Under the pieces are notes generated by a model. That model was not told the DNA's origin and ran no database searches. It saw nothing but the letters and a program-made list of their open reading frames with translations. From Octopus sinensis (taxonomy: Eukaryota), in contig NC_043018.1 of NCBI RefSeq assembly GCF_006345805.1, forward strand, positions 1,178,001 to 1,242,000: 64,000 nucleotides of DNA, given 5' to 3'. Below are positions 54,760-64,000 of this stretch, piece by piece (position 1 is the stretch's first letter; each line of letters begins with the position of its first letter). The position numbers were made by a program, and so were the translations under genes.

Positions 54760-55270
54760 TGTTACCAACACCTCTTTAGTTATCGCCCAGAGGGTCAAAG
54801 CGCAATTTCGGCCATTATTGATAATATCGGTTCCACTCTGGAGATGCCGGCAAGAAATTTGCTGGGAATGGGGCCAAAATATAACGAGACGCAACGGGCT
54901 CGCGACAAGACCGTCAGTAAACGGACGAAGGACTAATCAAACAGAATAAGATTTGGGCCACGCGAAAACAACAATGATACGGCCCAAAAACGTCTTAGGG
55001 CTGCAAGACAAGACAAAAATAAGTAACGCGACTATAAAGGACTATAAACATGGGAGGACTAGAGTGAGGAATTCAGAAAATTGTGACCTGTCCGGTTTGG
55101 ATTTTCTGAGTTCCTCGATTTTCTGAGCCAGCCTCGTCTTATGTTTTGGTCCCATTACTGGGGCGCGGGCAAGACACGTGCCCGCGCCCCCAGAGTGGAA
55201 GTAATATTAACGATAATGGCCGTAATTGCGCTTTGATCCTCAGACCGATAAACTGAAGTGGATTTGGTGA
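54760..55270. mobile_element. Non-autonomous DNA element with long (about 120-bp) degenerate TIRs
   Basis: gttaccaacacctctttagttatcgcccagagggtcaaagcgcaatttcggccattat...ttccactctgg aligns with the reverse complement of about 55135-55270. Confidence 0.65.
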
Positions 55271-55362
55271 CCTGTGTTTTCTGTTTGTCTGTATATTCAG
55301 TATATATTCGTGTGTTGATTTACTACATTCTTTCTTTTTAGATTATACGTACATATATATGA

Positions 55363-55750
55363 GTGGAGGCGCAATGGCCCAGTGGTTAGGGCAGCGGACT
55401 CGCGGTCGTAGGATCGCGGTTTCGATTCCCAGACCGGGCGTTGTGAGTGTTTATTGAGCGAAAACACCTAAAGCTCCATGAGGCTCCGGCAGGGGATGGT
55501 GGTGATCCCTGCTGTACTCTTTCACCACAACTTTCTCTCACTCTTACTTCCTGTTTCTGTTGTACCTGTATTTCAAAGGGCCGGCCTTGTCACTCTCTGT
55601 GTCACGCTGAATATCCCCGAGAACTACGTTAAGGGTACACGTGTCTGTGGAGTGCTCAGCCACTTACACATTAATTTCACGAGCAGGCTGTTCCGTTGAT
55701 TCGGATCAACCGGAACCCTCGTCGTCGTAACCGACGGAGTGCTTCCATCC
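55363..55750 (+). mobile_element. SINE family C, full length, 12-bp TSD
   Basis: A-box-like TGGCCCAGTGG and B-box-like GGTTTCGATTCC. TSD ACATATATATGA at 55351-55362 and 55751-55762. Confidence 0.92.
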
Positions 55751-55978
55751 ACATATATATGACAAATGCAAGACGGAAGCTGGAATATACGAGAGTTTAT
55801 TACTAATCACGATAATTGCTTCGACACATCTAGCATCGATCCCTCATGTGTAGAACAACTGGTTCAGGAGCGTCCAGCGGTGTAGATGTATCTCGTCGGG
55901 TGATAAATATATACAACTCGTTAGAATAACGTTCCGCAATGTCACTACTCGTTTTGTAGAAGGAAAAGCAGCCAGGCG

Positions 55979-56031
<53 letters not shown>

Positions 56032-56124
56032 TAATATATACAACACAATTGTGTCATATTTTCCGTTTGTTGTCTCATTTAATCCTGAAAATATTTATGT
56101 ACGCAAGCACTCATTAATTTTTTA

Positions 56125-56189
<65 letters not shown>

Positions 56190-56195
<6 letters not shown>

Positions 56196-56340
56196 AATCC
56201 AAACATGACGCTCAGGAAGGAAGGGAGAAGAAGGAGTGTTTAACGTTTCGAGCAGAGCTCTTCGTCAGAAACACAGGAAAAGGAAAGATCCACAGAAGGA
56301 AAGACGGAGAAAAAATAAATCTCCAACGGTACACACGCAG
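56190..56340 (-). mobile_element. Short Penelope-like cassette (best-preserved hammerhead)
   Basis: Same family as 5790, 7820 and 14050; abuts (AT)n. Confidence 0.65.
56236..56274 (-). ncRNA. Candidate minimal type I hammerhead ribozyme
   Basis: GUGUUU CUGACGA A GAGC UCU GCUC GAAA CGUU AAACAC: 6-bp stem I, canonical core, 4-bp stem II, palindromic AACGUU stem III, predicted cleavage after GUU. Confidence 0.7.
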
Positions 56341-56373
56341 TCACATTTTGAATATATATATATATTTGAATAT

Positions 56374-56490
56374 CACGTGATCACGTGACCGACCAGACCA
56401 TCAGATGTTGTTGCACATCGCTGGTCAGAATGCGTTCGCATTGTTTTAGCCTTCGAATGACGTCACCCCGCTGGCTAAGCGAGCAGGCCA
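56374..56490 (-). mobile_element. 117-bp retroposed fragment with 12-bp TSD and (ATCACGTG)n-type end
   Basis: ATATTTGAATAT at 56362-56373 and 56491-56502. The strand is inferred from the position of the repeat end. Confidence 0.6.
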
Positions 56491-56833
56491 ATATTTGAAT
56501 ATATATATATATATATAATACACACACACATATATATGCGTGATGGTAGCGTGCCTGTTCATTTTTGTGTCTACGTCTTCATCACTGGGTGACAACCGTT
56601 TCACTTCCCGTAAATTACCGATGCGGCAAACGAGAACGATAATGTACCGGACATATATACAGCACTGGAATAGTTTCGTTTGATCCAAAAACCTTCAACG
56701 GTCTGAGACTGAAACAAGTAATGGTAAATGCTAAAATAAAATCTCTACACACATGTTTATATCTACATACCCATATCTCCACAGCTACACAAACACACTC
56801 CACAGCTACACAAACACACACACATCCTTATAT

Positions 56834-56865
<32 letters not shown>

Positions 56866-56880
56866 ATATAATATATATAT

Positions 56881-56978
56881 AATTTACAAGATAAGGGCAG
56901 AAGAAAAATTCTAATGCCAGATAGATGTTTCGGCGTATCTGCCATTAGAATTTTTCGTCTGCCCTTATCTTGTAAATT
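56881..56978. repeat. Foldback hairpin, 43-bp arms, 12-nt loop
   Basis: 56881-56923 versus 56936-56978, with two mismatches. Confidence 0.92.
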
Positions 56979-57064
56979 ATATATAAATTTTACCTTTAAA
57001 GGCATTTTTTGATATGCAGGCCATTGATAAAAATCTTTTCCCGAAAAAATGTTTATCCTATATC

Positions 57065-57106
<42 letters not shown>

Positions 57107-57827
57107 GTACATGAATATATATTCTCAATATTTACACATAATACTCACACACGGGCACACCCACATATGTAATCATACATATGTTGTTGACCGAAATGGA
57201 CGGTCAAGTAATTCTGCTGAGCCGTTGGTTTTGCTCCAAAATATCAATGACAAAACCTTTTTTCTATATATATATCTTTCAAAGGAACAATAATTGGTCT
57301 ACTCCCTATAGAATGTAACAATCTTCTCAAGCTAGAGATGCTGTTTTTCTATATTCTGAGACATAGAAACGTAATTTAAACATGCTATGTACTGATAACA
57401 ATGGGGTCAAAAGTATGTTTTTGCTAAAATCGCACAACAGAATGTGTTATATTGTCTCTGTTTATAAGCAGCACGTTGTATTGTATATACTTGAAAATAA
57501 ATAAAAATAACATTGAAGGTTATTTTTTCCTACTTTCCTTTTACGGCTGTGTATAAACAAGGTACCAGGGATAAGAATTTAAATTGCACCATTTTCTCAA
57601 GTGGAATGATTTTAATATTACCAAAGTAGAAAGACGGCATGCATGCAAGAAATAATATATTTTCTAAATGCTTGTTTAAAGTAAAATAGCAGCTACATAG
57701 AAAAGAAAATTAAAGAAAGATCTGTCAGAGATTATCAACGAGAGTTTTTCTACATTCTCGTATATACTACTGATTCCTTTTGTCTTCACATTTTGGTTTA
57801 CCTTTCTATCATGCTTTTTGTTTAGGC

Positions 57828-57833
<6 letters not shown>

Positions 57834-57897
<64 letters not shown>
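57834..57897. repeat. (GA)n microsatellite
   Basis: Direct reading. Confidence 0.95.
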
Positions 57898-57902
<5 letters not shown>

Positions 57903-58274
57903 TACACAGACAGACAGAACGAACGAAAGTGAGAGAGTAGCGTCATAAGCAGTATTCATTATTATTTGGAATATAGCATTGTGGAAGAAGATACATAAAT
58001 AACTATGTTATCTAGTTTGGCTACATTTTTCTCAGTAGACATTGTACGACTCACTTTCTCGCATTCCACACCTGTTTTTACATTAAAAATGAAATATTGC
58101 AGTACATTTATAGTACATCTTGAACGAAAATGACTATCATTGTATAACTGCTTCACTCTTATCCAACTGCATTTAGTATTAATTCAATATTTATTCTATC
58201 TACTTATCACAAAATATTAATGGTTTTGTGTTTTTCTTGGCGTGTATAAGCAATCAGATGTTTTCGATCGGTTT

Positions 58275-58440
58275 ACACAAGCCAGGTAGTGTGGTAAGAA
58301 GCTTGCTTCTCAAAGACATGGTTCCAGGTTCAATCGAAGTGCATGGAACCTTGGGCAAGTATCTTTTGCTAGAACATGGAGTCAACCAACACTTTCCTAG
58401 TGGATTTGGTAGACGGAAATTAAAAGAGCCTCTTCAGACC
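58275..58440 (+). mobile_element. Old SINE family B, 5' part
   Basis: gtgtggtaagaagcttgc...ggaaccttgggcaagtatc...ggatttggtagacggaaat. Confidence 0.7.
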
Positions 58441-58875
58441 TATGTATGCGTGTTTGTTTGCGCATATGTACGCTGCCAGCGAGTTTTGGTACATTTGCAA
58501 AAATTATCGACGTGCTTGTTTGCTTTAACTAACTCCTTAACAACTGCGTGTATGTCAAATATATGCAGCCGCTGGTATATGTAATACTTCCGTTCTTTTC
58601 TTTGAAATTTAACAGTACATGTTTAAAAGCTTGGTTATATAAATCGACGGTAATCAGACATAGACGCTGCATAGAAAAGAGTTTCATAATTATCTTGCTC
58701 TATTTTGTTTCTTCCCCTTTTACTATTTGTATTATCATTGGAATCAGTCAAAAATTAGTTTAAGTAGACCCTCGCTGATAAAAAGCAGTACCTTCACTCA
58801 TTTTCTTAATCATGTATGTAAGCTTAATTTGTGTCTCCGATTTCTCAATAGAAATCGCTTCAAATATATCTATGC

Positions 58876-58926
<51 letters not shown>

Positions 58927-59422
58927 AAGAAATAGAAAGTGCTTCTTACAATATCGTATAATTGTGAAAAAAAAAAGATGAATAGAAATGGCTCGTTTGA
59001 TAATTTCCCCACTTTAATAATTAGGTTTTTATAAATTATTTGGTGTTTACAAACGGTTGTATACAAAAGTTAACTTTTTATTAGTTTCTCGCTTAAAAGC
59101 CGTTTTCAATCTGATATTTTAGTTGCTTATCCACTGTGTTTAGGGTTGTTTAGCAACAAATGTACGCATACATGCATACATATGCACGCACACGTACACA
59201 TCCACATATATATATACATAAGGGCTAGCTATTATATGCATACATACTGATTATGCATTTCTATGCGTGTGTAAGCGATGGGTATGTATACAGGTAAATT
59301 AGTTTCCAGGTTTCATAAATAGTTTCGAGATTTCATAAATTAATAACGCAAATTTTTTATCTAAATCTAACTTTTATCAAATCAAATAACCTAAACCATT
59401 ATAATCCAATATATGATATATT

Positions 59423-59807
59423 TGGAAGCACTCTGTCGGTTACGACGACGAGGGTTCCGGTTGATCCGAATCAACGGAACAGCCTGCTCGTGAAATTAAC
59501 GTGTAAGTGGCTGAGCACTCCACAGACACGTGTACCCTTAACGTAGTTCTCGGGGATATCCAGCGTGACACAGAGAGTGACAAGGCCAGCCCTTTGAAAT
59601 ACAGGTACAACAGAAACAGGAAGTAAGAGTGAGAGAAAGTTGTGGTGAAAGAGTACAGCAGGGATCACCACCATCCCCTGCCGGAGCCCCGTGGAGCTTT
59701 AGGTGTTTTCGCTCAATAAACACTCACAACGCCCGGTCTGGGAATCGAAACCGCGATCCTACGACCGGGAGTCCGCTGCCCTAACCACTGGGCCATTGCG
59801 CCTCCAC
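59423..59807 (-). mobile_element. SINE family C, full length
   Basis: Reverse complement of 55363-55750; atatgat.tat on both flanks. Confidence 0.92.
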
Positions 59808-59970
59808 ATATGATGTATAAAACTAGCGACAATTCATAACAATTCCAGATTGTGTCTACGCTTAATCAGCTGCAACAACAATGGAGGCGACTGTATTTAG
59901 GAGAGAATGGTCCTAAGAGATGAGAGATGGGCTCATCACAGTAGGGCAGATTTGCTAGCAAGAAAGAAAT

Positions 59971-60399
59971 GGTATCTTTTCGGTTTGAACGGCAGTTTTT
60001 TCTAGCGGTGTCATATGAAATTGTTACCCATAATTATGACCCTTGAATCGATCTATTCAAACTATTTTAGGGTTAGGGTTAGTTAGGGTTAATGTTAGGG
60101 GTGGGGAAAGGGTATCATTTTTTCTTTACAAATGTAAATAAACCCAATCTGTTTCTTAAACGAGGGACATATTCATACAGCACAGAATGTGTTTTACCTC
60201 AATAGACGTATTTGATCGGTTGAAATTGCAGAAATTGAAGAAAAAAAACAACAAATATCTTACAAACTATAGAATTTTCTCAATAAATCAAAGAGAAAAA
60301 GATGTTTTATAAACACATTCTACCAGTATACGAAGTTTGAAAGTGTTCAGTTACGTGGAAATTATTTAAAAAAAACTGCCGTTCAAACCGAAAAGATCC
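59971..60399 (+). mobile_element. MITE, same family
   Basis: GGTATCTTTTCGG...CCGAAAAGATCC, with AAGAAAT on both flanks. Confidence 0.88.
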
Positions 60400-60559
60400 A
60401 AGAAATAAGACAACCTTCCACAGAAAAAGTAATGCTTAACGGTTTTTTTTTTGGGGGGGGGGGCACTAAAGCACCTATGGATCTGCAGTCACCAGTGTAA
60501 TCTACATAGAAATGGTGATCAACAAACGGAAACCAGCAATCTGCTTCAAACACTGATGT

Positions 60560-60870
60560 TTATTGGAAAAGAAAGCCTTAGCTTTGCACGACAATGCGCG
60601 CCCACATACAGCAGGCTACACCATTGGAACCTTTAGAAAAATGGGTTTCGAGTGACTGGGACAGCTTGCATATCGTGCCTATTGCCTACTGTTCGACTAT
60701 TACCTCTTTGAACCACTTAGGGATCCTTTACGAGGTCGACAATTATCTACGGACGAAGTGAAGGAGGCCGTGCATAAATGACTGCACGACTACTCGAAAA
60801 TCTTCGATGGAATAAGCAAGCTTGTGAAATGCTAGAAACAGCGTACAGAAAATAATTATTCAACCTCTGC
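60560..60870 (+). mobile_element. Mariner (DD34D-type) transposase C-terminal remnant
   Basis: LHDNARPHTA, then a degenerate YSPDLAPSDY-like FDYYLFEPL, LRGRQ, DEVKEAVHK, and GISKLV. Confidence 0.75.
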
Positions 60871-63800
60871 TTATAGAAACAAGAATACGGAATTAATCTC
60901 GTATGTTTAAGATACCCGAAAGTTCTACTACCAATACTGAACTATAATAATTGTAGGCGATGAATTGTAGCAACAGTGAAATGGAGAGAGTGGGTAGAGG
61001 AATGTGAATCGTGTAGGGATGGTGTGGTGGATGAGGTGGCAAGTGAGGAGGAGAGAAGTATGCAGAAGGTTGCGGAGGGAGTGTAGGCATGGGTTTTGTG
61101 GTGACATCTGGTGGGTCGGATAATGGCATGCATGAGGCGGAAGGAGGTAGCTTCAAGGATGGGAAAGTTCGTGGGAAGGAGAATAGAATATGGGTTATAA
61201 ACGGAGGCAGTAAACTTTGATGATGAGTTTGACGAGAAGGCAGCAACTGAGGTAGAAATTATAGTTAGAGAAACGGTCACATTTTAAAATGAGTAGCGAA
61301 AGCTTCAAGGAAGGTTAGAGGCAGCGATAGGGAATAAGGTGAGGTTCTGTTTGAAAGGGTGATGTAGAAGAAAAGAGAGATAGAGTTTAAGAAAAGAAAT
61401 GAAATAGAAGGTAAGAAAAGATATATATATATATATAATCTGAAGAAGATATGGTTTCTAGTCTGGAAATTTTTATTTGAATCTAAGAAAGACATTCATA
61501 TTCAATTCTGTGATTTCGAAAATAACTCTCAATTTCCACCTTAAATTAACCCGATGAATTAAATTGATACAGCTTGTTTTTAAATCAGAAATATTAAGTG
61601 TTAAATTAGAGACTTCTTAAATTGCACAGAAAAAAAACATTGCTTGATGAATGTTTATGTAAGCTCAAATAAAATAAATGAAAATTAAATAAAAGGAAAC
61701 AAAACACGATAACCAACACTTAAAACCTCCGTTTAAAAATAGATACGTATTCTCAGACCTAAACTCACAAAATTATTGGTTTAAACATTGATTTTAATTA
61801 GCAGACAAATTTTATCAAACAAACAAAGCTATATAATTATTATAAATATAGAAAAAAGAAAAAAGAAGAAAGAAAAATCTCAGTGTATTTATTTTAAAAA
61901 TGCTGCTGGTTTATTCATTCTGAGAGTTCTGTGTTTTCTTTTTTGGTTGTGTCGTTATTTTTACTTCATTTTGATAATTACTGTAAAAATTGTTGTCTGT
62001 AAAGCAAAACAAAAAAACTGAAATTATTATTTCGTGAAGATTGTAGATAATGACATATTATATATACATATAGCCATTAGGGTAAAGTGTTCACAGAATC
62101 ACGAAAAAAAATTAGCTTTTTTTAATCAAACTTAATTCAGATTTGCAAATTACAACAGACTAATATCCATTTACATTTAGGAAATTGTTCCAGCAATTTG
62201 AAATACAATTGTACACACCAACTTAGATGTAATTTCAGAAACACACGCACACCTATACACGCGCGAATGCGCAAACACGTAAGTGGGCTTGACGTTCAAC
62301 GCATTTTGAAAATTCTGAGAGAATGTGGCATATTTTCTCTTCAAATGTTGCCTCCCGGGGCACCTCTTAAAAGCTATCACTGGTCTGCAAATATTCTATA
62401 GGTTTCTGTGCGTGTGTACAACATATATATAATTTAATGAAAAAAAGATTAAGAAAATAAGAAATTTCTGTTACACATTTTTAATTATAAGTTACAAATG
62501 TTTGCGTACCAGCTCAATTGGTAACACAATTTACCCGTGTTGGAGAGGCACTTGCTCAGACTTATATCAAATTCGTGCTATCTCACTGTGCATCTATGAG
62601 ACCTTATTGTTAGGAAAGTAACGGAGGAAATAAAAAGGAAAAATTTTAAAGTATGTATGCGGGATTTGTCTGCAGGGAAAACATATGGTGGATGATCAAG
62701 GGGGTAGATACGTATAATGATAGGATGGAGATAGGGAAGAAAAAGGAGGAAAACGAATATAAGAAAGCGAAAGAGAACAACTGAGAAGGAAAAGTAGTAG
62801 AAGAGGAAGAAAGTAAAGGGAAGAGGGAGAAATAAATACAGGGGGCAGTGGTGCATACAGTAAAACACTTAACCTAGTCGTATACTGGCTTTTTGTCAGC
62901 GAGTAGAGAGAGACATTGTTACGAAAATTCGTCTCATGAAAGACGATGTATTTAACCACACACCGACATTAGTCGGCCACAACTAAAAGTGGAAAGATGA
63001 ATTAAATTGATAACTAGACAATTGTCCGGAGTCGAAGAATAAGGAAGTTAATGATATGTGGTGATGTGGGGGCAAATTTTTGTCCTTGGTGTGATTCGGC
63101 ACTGGGAGAGAGAGATATAAGTAGGGATAGAAAATGTCTACCAAACACAAAATATTTACACACACAGATCTACATATCAACGATAAACCGTGATAAGCTA
63201 TTTGAAAGAATGAAATACAAGACAAGGAAAGAGAGAAAAAGCAGACACCACGCGAACGACAGAACAATGAAAAGAATGGAATAATAGAAAGTAAAAACAA
63301 TCTGGCAAGAATGAATCTAAAAGATAAGAAAACTTGGGTGCCAGACATATGCATTCATAACCAAAGAAATGATGGTGGATGGTGGGAGGTTTGGCGTTTG
63401 ATTTGTTGGTAACTCTACGCGATCGGAATGGTAAATTGCCAGAAGGGTATTTCTCTAATGCTGACCGGCATTCTTATTCATGTTGTCAAGCTTCTTACGA
63501 TTTCCTTGTTCTAAGACGTTTGGAACAGGTTTGCAGACATGCTTGCGATATTTCTTTCTATATGTATATATATGTGTATGCGTTTGTATCTGTGTGTGTC
63601 ATATGTTAGTGTGTACAAATATACATTTTGTACATACACACATTCATATATATATATATATGTATATATGTATATAAAGCTATTGTATAGATATATGTAT
63701 ATACATGTAATATGTATATATATATATATATATACTAATATATATATATATATATGTAATGTATATAGATGTACACATCTTTATACATATCTATATGTAT

Positions 63801-64000
63801 ATATAATATATTTATATGTAAATATATGTATATATAATATATTTATATATAAATATATGTATATATATATTTATATATATATAATATATATATATTATAT
63901 ATATATATATATATATTTATATATGTAATGTATATATATTACACATCTATCTACATATTATATGTAGTATACTATATATTGAATATGTAAATATATGTCT

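Noticed and set aside
55363-55440. tRNA gene calls for the SINE heads (also 35691, 18312, 36300, 52723)
   Set aside because: A/B boxes are present but acceptor stems do not close, and each head continues into a conserved SINE body, often with TSDs.
59874-59970. HDV-like ribozyme in the captured leader (GGCGACT/AGTCGCT with G-U first pair in the two-copy consensus)
   Set aside because: P1 is plausible but no P3/L3 directly precedes the 3' P1 strand, and no P2 partner was found.
60893-61280. Pro/Ser/His-rich minus-strand ORFs
   Set aside because: Derived from purine-rich degenerate repeat; no domain signal.

Overview
AT-rich eukaryotic DNA saturated with microsatellites ((AT)n, (AC)n, (ATAG)n, (AAT)n, (CAT)n, (GAA)n), with one 100-N scaffold gap. 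The repeat landscape looks like a coleoid cephalopod, probably Octopus (inferred from the repeat families, not verified). I found no convincing host gene exon; almost all listed ORFs are microsatellite read-through. Supported content: a near full-length decayed R4/Dong-type non-LTR retrotransposon (RT, CCHC knuckle, restriction-like endonuclease) plus two 3' fragments, each set in or next to (TAA)n; 3' ends of RTE-X-like and CR1-like LINEs; five tRNA-headed SINE families, many with target-site duplications (TSDs); a DD37D maT and a mariner transposase remnant; a MITE family with 8-bp TSDs carrying TTAGGG repeats; a non-autonomous Helitron; and several long foldbacks. The most interesting signal is seven to nine minimal type I hammerhead-ribozyme motifs (CUGANGA-stem II-GAAA-palindromic stem III-NUH) in short Penelope-like cassettes next to microsatellites. 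The copy at 56236-56274 (minus strand) is structurally intact. Ribozyme activity is inferred, not shown.
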